DNA of 64,000 nt from Podarcis muralis (lineage: Eukaryota), in assembly GCF_964188315.1 (NCBI RefSeq), contig NC_135663.1, positions 23,312,001 through 23,376,000 of the forward strand, in the 5' to 3' direction. Position 1 is the stretch's first letter. Each line of letters begins with the position of its first letter. The notes under the pieces are model-generated. The model searched no databases and was not told the DNA's origin. It saw only the letters and a list, made by a program, of their open reading frames with translations. Positions 1 through 12,800 of the stretch are shown here, in pieces. The position numbers were made by a program, and so were the translations under genes.

Positions 1-342
1 CGGGTGGCCCTGTGGGTTAAACCACAGAGCCTAGGACTTGCCGATCAGAAGGTCAGTGGTTCAAATCCCCACAGGGTGATCGCCCGTTGCTCAGTCCCTG
101 CTCCTGCCAACCTAGCAGTTTGAAAGCACGTCAAAGTGCAAGTAGATAAATAGGTACCGCTCCGGCGGGAAAGTAAACTGTGTTTCCGTGCGCTGCTCTG
201 GTTCGCCAGAAGCGGCTTAGTCATGCTGGCCACATGACCCGGAAGCTGTACGCCGGCTCCCTCGGCCAATAAAGCGAGATGAGCGCCACAACCCCAGAGT
301 CGGCCATGACTGGACCTAATGGTCAGGGGTCCATTTACCTTT
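1..342 (+). mobile_element. Sauria-type tRNA-derived SINE (5' end cut by window)
   Basis: Body shared with six other copies in the window (GGTTCAAATCCC B-box-like head, cctgccaacctagcagttcgaaagcac core, (ACCTTT)n tail). Confidence 0.9.
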
Positions 343-1573
343 GAAGAGACTTACCTTTTCCTCTCATATCTATCCAATCCTGCTGCTTCAGCACCAACAC
401 AGAGAGACATGTGCCCAGGAGCAAAAGTGGCCTTCAGTAGCAGATATTTGAGGGGGCAAAAAGCCATGCAGGCGTGCCTCTTTTTAAACTTTCCCTCCAA
501 ACCACTTGCTGCTGTTTTGGTGGCAAACTGTTCCATCAGTGTTGGACAGACGGTTGACACAATATGGTGTACATATAGGAGGTGCATGTTGCATGCAGAG
601 CAGGATAATCTCTGGTGGCCACACTCCTTGAAAAGGTAAAAGGGAGCAATTGGGCCTGAGCTTCATCAGGGTCTGGCTTTGAGTCAGAACTTCCTCTTTA
701 AATCTGAATTTAAACTCACACAAGTGATACTGAAGTTGAACTCTTAGGCTCCAGATGTGTTGCAATCCCATCTTGTTAATGCAATAAAACAAAATCTGGA
801 CTTGATATTTTGCATGTTTTTAAATAATCCAGTACTATAATCAGCTGTTGAGGCATGGCAGAGTATTTGAAGCCAAACATATTTCATCTAATTTCCATTT
901 GGTTCTACAGTACGGCTATCTGCCTTTCACGTGGTCTGTCATTATGGAAGTCGAAAGGGTTTGTGGACCGAAAGCTTTATTTAGGTTTAATGAAAACCAA
1001 AATGAAAAGACGGCTGGTTCCTTTATTGGTCCCCAACTGTTAAAAATCTACTCAAGTTGCAAGGGATGTCAGTTTAACCAGAGTTAGCACCCTGAAGACA
1101 ATTAGGGGGAAATCTGTTATTACAGTTGGATATGAAGGGATACTGTCTCTGTAAAGGCAAAAAACCCCCACAACCCAACACTGTTCTGTAAGATGCATTA
1201 CATTTAGACTGCGGAATGGTGCATACCTTTGCTGCTGGAAGTGGGGGGAAACACTGTCCTATTCACTGTTTACTTGGAATTCTTTGATGGGTGAAATAAG
1301 AATAGCATAACATCATTCCTTTTTGTAACTTTCATAGAGAGTGCATTGCAACATCTGTTTGCAGACGTCTCATAACAAGATAGTGACATAAGACATTTCT
1401 ATTTTTAAACGTGTCCCAGTTTATTTTTTTTATTTCAGAAAAAAAGCTCTGAATGTTGAATGTGTGTAAGTCACCGGGAATGTAGCAAGTTGATAAAATC
1501 CAAGCCAAGTCCATCCTCCTTGCAGGGAAACACAAAAAGCTGGAATTGCTTTTTATGGACATTTGTTTTGCAG

Positions 1574-1624
1574 CTTTCTACATCTTAAGGCAGAGAATAG
1601 CCAGGATAAGGTGCCAGCCCAAAG
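1574..1624 (+). CDS. NPNT: NPNT 51-nt alternative cassette exon, (P)FYILRQRIARIRCQPK(A)
   Basis: ttttgcag|CTTTCTAC...CCCAAAG|gttagc. It is 51 nt, phase 1-1, and open. The peptide is nearly identical to the recalled 17-aa mammalian insert PFYVLRQRIARIRCQLKA. Confidence 0.88.
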
Positions 1625-4590
1625 GTTAGCTGAACATATTTCTCAAAATAATTTTGGCAAGATGGTGTTTTGGAGGCATGATCTCTAAAGTCATGCATGG
1701 AGCGCAAGAATGATATAACAACCCAACAGAAAATATGCATGTAATTACTTTGCTTATTATTTTAGGGTGATAGCAGAACTTCACGAATGTATTTAATGAC
1801 TAATGTAGATTATACTTTGTTTTATCCCTTTATGGATGCTATTAATATGTTTTGTAATATATTTACATTTTATTAAAGAGGTCTAACCTCATTGTGACTT
1901 GAAATCGGTGTGAGTAGCACACACCCATACACACTTACCTGGGAGTGAGACCCATTAAGTATAGCAAGACTTATTTCTTCTGAGTAAATATGCATAGAGC
2001 TGCTCTGCACGAGTACTCAAGGAGTAAGTCCCACTGGATTCAATTGGACTTTCTTCTGAATAAGGTTTTTTTTAGGATTGCAGCCTAAAGCTAAAATATT
2101 ATGCATACTTCTTGAAAGAAAGTTCAATTCAATTTAGCAGAGCTTCCCAGTAAACAAGCAGAGGAAGGGGCATGTGATTGGCATGGTATATACATTTTAA
2201 AACAATTGTTTGATTCCTTCTACTTTTTCCGAAAACTGGGAACCCCAACTCCACTTGCCATGTTGAGTTTTCAGACACACTCTGGTGAGCACACATATTT
2301 TATCAACCAGCTCACAGAACCAGAGGCTGCCTTGCCTTCTGGTTTTATGGTGTCTCTTTTGCCTAGTCAGCTAGGCTTAGGGATGCGATTGTGCTTTCTG
2401 AGCAAGGCTGACAAATGTGAGATTTCCTCACACCTGTCAGTTTTAATGCAAGGCACAACAAGGGCTCCTGGACTGATGCCATTTGACCAAATATTGGCAG
2501 AGAATGAGGATCAAATCTGCCCCAGAGCCTCCCAGCTCTTGTGAGGAAAAAATGGTGAACTCATCCAACATGGTGGCTTAATTTTTTGAAGCCAATTTCA
2601 GCCTCTGCTGCAGCATAAGATTTGGGAAATACTGCTTCAGACTTCGGTGTATGAGTAATTTGCACTGAACTTTCCTGGAGGTGTTCCAACATTATGTACC
2701 AGACAAAGGAATGTTTGTCATATATTATCTTGATGTGCAATATTGATTTACTGCTACATAAAATGTAAGTAGCTTAGCTGGTTAGGTACCTGGGACTTGA
2801 TTTTTATTTTTTGGTAAAGCAACTGTATGTGCAGTATGAAAGCCATTCGCAACCCTAATAATAATGCCATAATATGGTGGGTGATTGGAACTTCAATACC
2901 TGTTTTATTAAAGATGGCCACAAGTTTAGTTCTCCAGTGCTTCTCCCCATTGCAAATGGAAGCAAATGTCCAACATTTGGCACTGTCATTCCAATATGAG
3001 AGAGAGAGAGAGAGAGAGCTGCTTAAAGATTAAAGGCCAGCTGCCCGCAATAAAGTTTTGGGAAAGCACATTAAAAGGTTGTAAATGTGCACATCAAACC
3101 ATTACAATGGCTTTATAGTAAAATACGTTTCATGAATGAAGCATGTGTTTTAGAAACTTACATATTATTTTTTATTTGGATTAAGAAAACTTAAATTAAT
3201 AGTACAACTAGGATAGTTATGTATCCCTTAATCAGAAAGGGCAGTTTAATCATTGCCTTAGGTTGCTTCCCCACCAATCCTGTACTCTAGAAATGTGATA
3301 TTTTATGCACTAACTTTTCATAGAAAATTCAGGAAATGTCACTGCCAACCTATCAAGTTCCATGCTTTCAGTGTCATCCGTACTAGATACATGGAAATAC
3401 TTTTGACAAGAAAATGCATTTGCAGTGGCTGTCTAGAGAAGCTTTTAAGGGCTACTCTTCCTTTAATTGAAAGCTTCTTCCTTGCCTACAAATTGTGAAC
3501 CAACACTGGATCATGAGGCTTTGTACTGGTATATATGGTGAAAGAGGGACCCAACATGTGTCTAGATACATCTGATTAAGTTTTAAGGAAAAGTTCAAGC
3601 ATGACATTCTGAAATATGCATAAAACATACACAATGCATGCATCTGTAGGATATATTTTAAAAATTCCTTTTAATAAATAACTATCACCGTATTATGGTA
3701 TGAATGTATGGACTCATGCTGTAACTCTATACACACTTAGCTTGCAAGCCTATACATATCTGATAATGATAATGATAATTTATTATTCATACCCCGCCCA
3801 TCTGGCTGCGTTGCCCCAGCCACATCTGGGCATAAATCCCATTGCACTCAATGCAGCTTAGTTGTAGACATGCATAGGCCTATTATTTTGCTATATCCCT
3901 TTTTACTGGTTCTTCATAGTGTCACTGGAAGTTGTAGCGGACATGCAATACATTCCCTCAGCAATCCACATGTTATGTTTTGCACTTTAAATTAAATTGC
4001 TTAAAAGTGAGGCTAACCATTTCCTCCCCCTTGTTTGTGTGTATTTTAATGGAAGCATATTGGGCTGCAGGGGAGAGTTGTAGCAGAAAAGTGGTGAGCA
4101 GGGAAGGATTAAGTACTGCTTCTTCCCATCACTTCTGTGCTCCAACTCTCTCCTTTACTCCTCACTGGCCCTAAACTATGGTTTAGCAAGGGTGAGGAAA
4201 TCAAACTGCTTCCATCATCACCCTGCACTGCTGCTCCCCAAGTACCTGGAGCTATGCATTATGCACATTATGTGCAAACTTGGGCTCATGGCACATCCCC
4301 CAAACAAACCACAACCTGTAGGCAAAGGACAAACTCGTGGATTGTTGGGAGTGACACAAACCACAAGCCCAGGTTCAAACCATGCCTTAGCTCAGGGTAG
4401 CATGGCAGCAACAGGCCCAGAGGAGGAGCAAGCCAGCCATGATATTTGCTCAGTAAGGCTCACTAAACCATGGTTTGGCGTAGCATTTCCTGTGAATAAG
4501 ACCACTACGTCAAATGCATTATAATCAAATAATGTTTGTGCACCTCAGTTCGACAAGAAGAGTGACAAGTCTGCTTACGTGTATTCACAG

Positions 4591-4683
4591 CTGTATGTCA
4601 GCCTGGATGTAAACATGGGGAATGCGTTGGACCAAACAAGTGCAAGTGTCATCCAGGTTACACTGGGAAAACATGCAATCAAG
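4591..4683 (+). CDS. NPNT: NPNT exon, EGF1 C-terminal part [30 protein letters not shown]
   Basis: ttcacag|CTGTATGT...AATCAAG|gtaaga. 93 nt, phase 1-1, EGF cysteine spacing. Confidence 0.95.
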
Positions 4684-5205
4684 GTAAGATTTATGTTATT
4701 TTAAGGAATGTGGTATTGCTTCATGGTATTGAAAAGAGCAATTGAAACTTGAACTAAATGTTCTGCAGCTAGTTCAAGTTTCAACTGCCCTTGGGTCAGC
4801 TGACATACTGCTGAATTTAGCACGGCCAAGGCTGGTTCATATATTTGCAGCGCTATTGGTGATGCCCAAGAAGAACTGGTGGAAAAATATCTATGGCGGT
4901 CATTTCCTGCCAGATGCAGTGTATGAATTGGAGTTTCTAGGTCTCCCTGAATGAAAAGCACAGCACCAATCACCTACTTGAATTGAATTTCTCAAAGACA
5001 CCCACTTGGGAGTTGCTGTTACTGCATCCCAGCACAATCCATTTTATGAAAGTATTTAAAAAAGTTAAGCAAATAGTGCTTTTGTTGTTAGAGGTACAAG
5101 ATTGGTTCCTTTCCGAGATCAGCTGTAAAGCCTAAAACTTAAAATGCTGGTTTGATTTAGGTAACAAGGACCTTGCTTTTATGAAAGCAAGTCCCCATGC
5201 TAATT

Positions 5206-5207
<2 letters not shown>

Positions 5208-5258
<51 letters not shown>
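5208..5258. repeat. (AAT)17 microsatellite
   Basis: Read directly from the sequence. Confidence 0.97.
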
Positions 5259-7346
5259 TCCAGTTTCACTTTGTAATAGCAAACTACCCACAATGACCCC
5301 AGTCATATTATAATGAAAAAGAACAGTGTTGTTTAAAATGGCCAGTATTGTTAACATATTGCACTATTTTTATTCACTTCTCCCCAAAGTATTATTTTAT
5401 ATAGTGCTGAGCACTGCCAGGTACTTAAGGAAGTCACAGCCACTCTCTCCAGCTAGCCTTGATAATGCTTTCCTAAGCTCATTACAGAAAAGCAAACGAG
5501 TGTTTTAGAAAACCTGACAATCTGAGTAAGGTGGTGCTGTACAGAACTGTGTTCCCTGAGAGCTACTAATCCTCCGATGGCATAATGATTTCTAAATGCT
5601 TTTAAAAACTCATTTGTTTGGATATATTAATCCTTCCTTGAAGGATTCATGGGGAATCTAAGCCCACCCTCCCTGTGACCTCATTTCCTCTGCTTCCTTC
5701 TTTTTCTCCATCTTACAGACACTTCGTTATATAAATTGTTTTACTTTTGGGAGAAATGTTGTTATGTATTGCTTTTATTCTAGAACTTCAGCTCTCAGAA
5801 GTGCCCGCCACAAAGATACTGTAGGTCCGCAGCAATTTAAAATATCAAAAACTGAGGCGCTGTTGTGAAAGAAGCTCAACAGAGAGAAGAAAGCTCATGC
5901 TGATTTTAGATTATACACAGCATCCTGTTGACAATTCTGCTACTTAATCATAGGACTCCAATTCATTTCAATGAGGAGCTTTCCAGTGAGATTTTAGAAT
6001 CAGCTGATGTATGGGGTGAATAGAATAGAATAGAATCAGCTGGTGTATGGGGTGAGGACTTTGCTTGTACTGATACTATTTGCATTTGTTAAAAACCTGC
6101 ATGTTGAACACAAAGACACATTTACCTCCATGCCCAGTGGTTTTGATATGCTCTTCCTCTCCTTGATTTCAACAGGAAACAATTAGAGCTTTGCAATAGG
6201 GCCCAGCACCCTAACTGACCAGATTAAGCTGTTCACTCCTCTAGCCCTGGCTGCAAAGAGTTGCCTATATTTTAAACAAACTGTACTTATGAGGCAGATC
6301 TGCAGATCACATGTCAAGCAGCCGGATGGGTGTAATTACTGTTGCTTTCTTTGGCATCCATTGCCTGGCTCTATTATAGGTCAATGTCATTTTGTAATAT
6401 GAATGGCCTTTCCTGAATTGGAAACGTCTCCCCAAATTATTATCGCACCATCATCAAATAAAAGTTCTCCTGCTGGAAATGAGATTGGATGGAGCTGTCC
6501 AGCTCCAACCGGATGGTGTTGTCTGTGGCAATTTATTTTCAGTGTATTTATGATTGTCATAATCCCAAAAGGCTACAATTCCTGTGCATTCCCTTTATAA
6601 CAGAGTTCTATATATGTGCAAATGTTTGTGTGTTAAAGACACTTAAGGGTCTTCTCATTAACAAGTGGAAGGCAATTTCTTTTCGTAAGGCAGGACATTT
6701 AACATTTATTTCCATTTCTTGCACACTAAACACAGAACTTTGAAATGAAATAATGATGTTTTTGTGATCAATTGCTTGCATTAATTAATTGCTTGCATAC
6801 ATGACTTCCAAATTCTTCTCCTTTCCCCAATTTAGCTGAGCTGAAGACATTAAAATTTCCCACTTCTCGCAGCTGATGCTGTGAGCAACTGGGCTGTGGA
6901 TCCTGTGGTGGATCTGTAAAGTCCTAAGGCTAGAGGGTGTGCATTAGAACTGCTGCCTTAGGCTATAATCCTAGACACCTTTACCTGAAGTGAGGCCAGA
7001 TGCGTAGATGTTCTCATAGGAGCGTACAGTAAATTGAGTGAGTAGCCAAAGTCCATTTAGAAAACTGAAAATCTACCATGTACTTTCTCAGTGACTTTCA
7101 CATTTGTTTTTGCCATAACACATTTGTATGGTAGCCATGTCTCCTACTTTGCAGAGGGCAGTCCTCTATTTGACTGGCCCATGTCTGGCTTAAAGATGGT
7201 CAGAAGAAGGGAGAGTGGGGGCCTTGAAGTTGCCCACCAGCCATTCACACCTGGAGAATAGACTAAGCAGGCACACAGGTTACCTGGTAACAGACTTCCC
7301 CACTATGAGACGTATTGGATTTCTACTTGATTTATAGTAATACTGT

Positions 7347-7484
7347 GGGAGATAGCTCAGTTGGTTAGAGCATGGTGCTGATAATACTAAGGTTGCAGGT
7401 TCAATCCCCACATGGGACTGAAGCTGCATATTTCTGCATTGCAGGGGGTTGAGACTAGATGATCCTTCCAATTCTACATTTCTA
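7347..7484 (+). mobile_element. tRNA(Ile)-derived SINE with CR1-type tail
   Basis: Head TAGCTCAGTTGGTTAGAGCATGGTGCTGATAA...GGTTCAATCCCC resembles tRNA-Ile. It is followed by cctgcattgcagggggttg...attcta, as in the CR1 3' ends in this window. Confidence 0.8.
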
Positions 7485-8155
7485 TTGCATTCTATTTATA
7501 GTCTCGTTCCTTTTTTTATGGTGGTGATGATGACACATTTCCTCTTTTTATGACATTTAAGTGGTCACTTACATTTCATTTGAAATAATAATCTGAAATA
7601 GTCACAGTTCAAAGAATCAGCAGGACCTCGACAAATCTTACAGTAGAACTAGGAGGCAAACCTGTGGATCCATTTGTGCGCTGGCTAAGATAACAGACAT
7701 GCGGAGTTTACTGGCCTGTGGTCACTAATTCTTCCCTGAAACAGCTTTCCCAGAGGGCAGGCCACTCAGCCACTAGCTAGTGTCATCTCTGCTTTTGGAA
7801 TCGGCATAGGGGAAATGATTTTAAACTGTTGGGGAGGGATAGAATACTAGGTGGACAGAATCTGTATGTAAAGAAAGGGTAAAATAGCCATGAATATCTG
7901 CTGATTCTTCCCTGAAAGTAAGCACTTCCACCTCTGGGTTAGGAGGGAAGCATAAGTTACATGCAAAAGATTTTTCATGTGCAATCTGTAGTTTGCTTGG
8001 TGTTCAGTGTGAAGGTCTATAATGGGATACGCCTAAAATTCTCCTGATCCAGAGCTCCATGCCTGCACATACAGGTATTTGATGGTATTTGCCATGTTGT
8101 TTTACTGGGTCTTGGTCTTTTGACTTCTGCTATGCCTTCTCCTCAACATGTGAAG

Positions 8156-8248
8156 CTGACCACCCATATGCCACCTCACACGACTGGCCCAGTGAACCAC
8201 ATTTTTTCAGCCCTCCAGATCATCATGCAACACATTTCCCGTGGAGGG
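8156..8248 (+). CDS. NPNT: Putative NPNT 93-nt alternative cassette exon, ADHPYATSHDWPSEPHFFSPPDHHATHFPWR
   Basis: ctcctcaacatgtgaag|CTGAC...TGGAGGG|gtgagg. It is 93 nt, phase 1-1, open, and lies between the EGF1 and EGF2 exons. It resembles the recalled mammalian insert ...DQGSEQPLFQPLDHQATSLPSR. The acceptor is weak (AAG). Confidence 0.65.
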
Positions 8249-9184
8249 GTGAGGACAATCCTTTACTTCAGGTGGTGCGTTCCTTCCACCTGCACGGCTT
8301 TAAACCCCCACCATGAAACCTCTTGCAAGTGTGCTGAAAGGACAATGAACTCATTTTGGCTGCCATGTGAAAGCCCAGCCTGCAATATAATTGGCATGCA
8401 AAGCGACTTTGCTTTGACACTTCCTTGAGGCTGCAATTCTCTCTCCTGGAAAGGCTTGACCTTAGACAATTCTCTTCATTTGCTCTCATGGTTCCCTTCC
8501 TACTCAGATCTTTTATGACACACGCTGCTTTTTCTAAGCTCTTTTTCAAACCAAGAAAACAGTCTGTTGCCATAGTTGTTATTTACATTTATTCATCACT
8601 TTTCACAAAGTCTCAAAGCAACTTACAAATCCATAAAATACCAAAGCACTAAAAACAAAATACAAGAAAACCCAAATCCTGCATTGGTTAAGGAAACAGT
8701 CTGATTGAAATAGGCCGAAGAATTTTATTTAATAATCATTAATATTGGGGTAGTTCTGACACAGATATTAATGTCTGGGTTACCATGTTTAATGCATGTA
8801 AAACATATAACATGTACTGTGGGAATGGCAGTGACACATGACCAATACAGGCAGCCTTGCAACTTATAGCGTTACATGCCATCCTGACATAGGCATTAAT
8901 ATCTGAGAAAGAGTGGCCATAGCTCAGTGGCAGAGCACATGTTCTGCATCCAGAATGACCCATGTTCAGTTACTGAATCTCCAGTTAGGAACATTAAGTA
9001 GACATTAAGCTGCTGCCATATCTGAAGTCAAATCATTGATCCATCTTACTATTGCCTACACTGACTGGGAATGGCTCCTGAGGGTTTCAAACAGGAGTAT
9101 TTCTGTCTGAGGTCTCTTCCTGAGCCACTCCCAGGCAGAGAAGACAGCACTGGGATGGATGGTTAAATAACTTGGCCTGGTATT

Positions 9185-9830
9185 AGAAGAACAGTCAAGA
9201 AGGCATTTTCTGCACGCGCTGTAGAGGGAAGCAAGGAGCTGATGGAGCTCATCAACCTGGGAAGATAGCCCATCTAGGAGAAGGAAAACTCTGATCCTAA
9301 ATCTCCACTGCCTTGTGGGATATCTTCAGGAGAGGAAAAGGGAAAGGAGTAAACTCTGCACAAATCTGGATTGGAGTCCCCAAGACGGATGGCATCTTGT
9401 ACGCCTCTTCCTGGCAACTCCTGCAGCCAAGCTGGTGTCAGACGTATTGCTTTCCTTTCCTTTTGGACCAAATCAGAGAGGCTGAGGTGGGGTGGGGCTT
9501 GTTGCCTGGGCAGCCGAGGACCTATAAACACATTGCCCAGGCTTGCGCCCCCAGGGAGGTCATTTCAGTACAGTGGTACCTCGGGTTACATACGCTTCAG
9601 GTTACATACACTTCAGGTTACAGACTCCGCTAACCCAGAAATAGTACCGCGGGTTAAGGCCCCATTAGCTAAGGTGGTGCTTCAGGTTAAGAACAGTTTC
9701 AGGTTAAGAACCGACCTCCGGAATGAATTAAGTTCTTAACCGAGGTACCACTATACTGCTAAATCAGTGGTTTGACTTCACCCCCAGAGGCCCACTCCAC
9801 TGTCCTTTGAGACAGCGCCAACAGCAACCA
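9185..9830 (+). mobile_element. Non-coding RTE-related element (shares RTE 3' tail), interrupted by a MITE
   Basis: 9769-9827 aligns to 16633-16699 (ggtttgacttcacccc...cactc...tgagacag...gcca.cagcaa). The upstream part shows no RT-like peptide. The 5' boundary is approximate. Confidence 0.6.
9571..9753 (-). mobile_element. Tc1/mariner (Tigger/pogo-like) MITE, family A, internally deleted, nested in RTE-derived element
   Basis: TIR cagtggtacctcgggtta and flanking TA. Orientation is relative to the other copies. Confidence 0.88.
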
Positions 9831-12800
9831 ATTCTTAAAAGTTGCATCAAGCCACACAGATCCTTGCTCCCGATTGTTTGTGATGCTCACTGGCACAGTA
9901 CAGTTTGAAGCTGACGATCAAAATCTGAACGCTCTTGAGCAGTGCTGTATTTTTGCTAGGGCTCCTTGGTGGTGGTTGCAAAAGGAGGGCTGCTGGGTGA
10001 TGTTGCTCAAGCAGCTGCTTTTGTTGTTGGGAAAATTGTGCTCACACTTCAGTCCAGGATCACCTGTTGCTGACAAATTGTGACCATTGCCCTTCCCCCT
10101 GCAATTCACACTATATCATCTCCTCCTCTGTGGGGAAAGTCTTCTCAGTAGTGTCAAAGCCATTCGTTGGATGGTACTTGAGATGTGACACAAGGTGTGA
10201 CATGAATCTCTCCCTATGCTTTTTTTAAACAGCCCCAGGCTGTGTCCTCCATACACTTGTCACTTCCATACACTAGGAATCTGCAGAATTAATTGTGTGA
10301 AAAGAGGACACTGCTAGTTTTTTGTGGTGGGCCTTGGGCAAGAAGCTTCCTTTAGGGGACTCACCTCTCTGAGGGGGCTCTCTTCCTCCTCATTGTCATT
10401 GCTGCCAATTTGTCTTCTTCCCCAGGGTCCATCCGACCTTTGCATCACCCTTGTCACTGCTTCCATGCTTAGAGACAGCAGGTGAACAGGTAGACACAGC
10501 AAAGAGTAAGAGCGGCAGGATTTGGCACCTCCAGGGCTTAGAGATGGGCACCCAGCAGGTTGTGGTTCTTTGTAGGTATCTGTTGATGCCAGCCCCTGAT
10601 GCTGACCCCAGATGCATGTCTGAAAGCAGCTTCAGACCAATAATGAAATGTAGGGATGCAATTATATCCTCAAGAGCAAATAATATTTCATTATTACATA
10701 CAGCACACCACATTATTGTAGGTGGAGTCTCGCTTATCTCTTTGTAGCTCTCATGCAAATATAGCAGTGCACAAATAGTTGTCTTTCTGGAGTAATTCAT
10801 GTGTTCACATTAACTGTCTTTCTTCTTGCAATGTGATGTTCAAGCTTAGCAGCCTGTGCTTATATCTGAGACTGCTTTTGCAAAGTGCTGCAGCATCCAA
10901 CCTGCTCTAAAAGCTTTTCAGTATGCAGCTTTGATGGTGACACTCTTCTTGCATTGTTGTTGTTGTTGTTGTTGTTGGTTCCCTACCCCCACCCCACGAG
11001 TGTGAATAGCATCATTGTCGAATTGTTCAACTTGGAATAATGAAGGGAAATCTCAGTGAGTAGTATAAGTGGGTTCATTAAAAAAACCTCTTAACCCCCA
11101 TTAGAAGTTCTGCGAAGAGCAAAGCAAGGAGGATTGCAATAGATGTTGTGAAAAGATTCTGCAAAGTCTTTGGAACTTTTCATCTTAGAAGATTCAGACT
11201 ACTGGGTTATACTTCTTCCCCTCTTTTGCCCAGAGAGAAATTGTGCTAAGTGAAATGTTTGGAGAGCCTGTGAAATAAAAAATAGACAAAAGATAAAGTT
11301 TCCTGACCTTTTCAGCAAACGCAGCATGTGCGTGCCAATTTATTAAGAGTCTTGCATTTCTCTGACTCCAAGCTAAATGTTAATGTTAGCCTGAACCTGC
11401 TCAGTAATAAACAGTCCTCCCCTAAACATCACAACATAAAACCATATGTAAAATGAGTTGTGAAGTGTAGTGGCTAAGAGAATGAGTTGTTTAAAAACCC
11501 AGGAAATTCCTGGCTAAACACTATTCTCCTCCATGAAAATGGATGGTCTTTTCTCTCTTTGTTGCTCTCTCTCTTTCTTTTAGCCTCGTACACACACACC
11601 CTCTTTGGCAGTTAGGGATAATCATAGTAATCTAATTTACAGGGATGTTGAAATGATTATTTGTTGACCTAGACAAAGCTAATATGTATATATTTCTCCA
11701 ATGCAACATTTGTGAAATGATTTCACACACCAGGGAACCAGCAGACAACATGGTGCCCTATAGATGTGCTTGGACTTCCATCAGATCCAGCCAACATGAC
11801 CATTGGTCAGGGCTGATAAAAGTTGAGAGTGCCACAGGGCACATGTCCCTCCTTAAAGTGTGTAGTTCCCTGACTCAGTCATGGTATATTATCCTTGCAG
11901 GGGCATGGTTGGAGAAAATAGTGGTTGCTCTCACTGCCCCACAGATGGAAACCATTTCCCTCTCAAGAAAAGAAGCTGTGCCATGGTTGAAGAAGTGCAG
12001 AATATCTTTTAAAACAGGGAAGGGAAACCTGATGTTTTTGGACTCCATCTCCCATCAGGCTGAGCCAGTATGGCCTCTGGTTAGTCTATGGTAGCTGATG
12101 TCCATCAACATTTGTGGCCACCCCACGCAACTATGCTCCAGGTGATGTATTTTTCAGATGTCCATTGCATTGATTCAGCATAACTGATATTCACAAGGCA
12201 CATGGAAACAGTGGCATTTCCTAGCTAGTTCAAATGGAAGAGAAAACCACTGAGAGAAATATCACAGAGCAAAACCTGCTACACAGACATATTGAACGTG
12301 CTTCTGAAATGGTAAGAAATGTGCGAAAAGAACAACAAACTAGCCACAACAACTGTAAAAAGGGTTTTGATGACTTTTCTCTCACTTGCCTGTGTACTAT
12401 GTGTTCTAAACAAGGCAGAGGGAAAGCTGTTACAAATATAACTTGAAAGTGTAAACCATTTCCCAGAAGAAGCTAAGGCTGCGGAAGGGAAGGAATCACA
12501 CAATGTTTGTTTAGATTTAATGGTATTATAATGGAGACCCTTAATTAAGCCCCTTGTATTGCTTTTGGCCAGTGAATGGAACACCAGTGGTGGGAAAACA
12601 AATGTGACCTTATGCATCTTCCTAAAGTTTCTAGAATGTTTTGCAAGAAGTGAATCTCAAAACATTAAACAAAACTCTAGCACTATAATAGATGCTCGCA
12701 CTGTCTTGCTGATGAAGCAATTGAGTAAAGCCAGCAAAAATATTTTGTGCATATTTAATTAAAATTCAGCAACTTATAGATGCTTACTGGAACAAAGTAT

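Noticed and set aside
7347-7420. tRNA-Ile gene
   Set aside because: The acceptor and anticodon stems are disrupted, and it runs directly into a CR1-type tail, so it is a SINE head.
9185-9330. HDV-like ribozyme at the 5' part of the RTE-related element
   Set aside because: Some RTE 5' ends encode these, but I could not build P1/P3/L3 or find a catalytic C in a J4/2-like position. An Infernal search on the family consensus would be needed.
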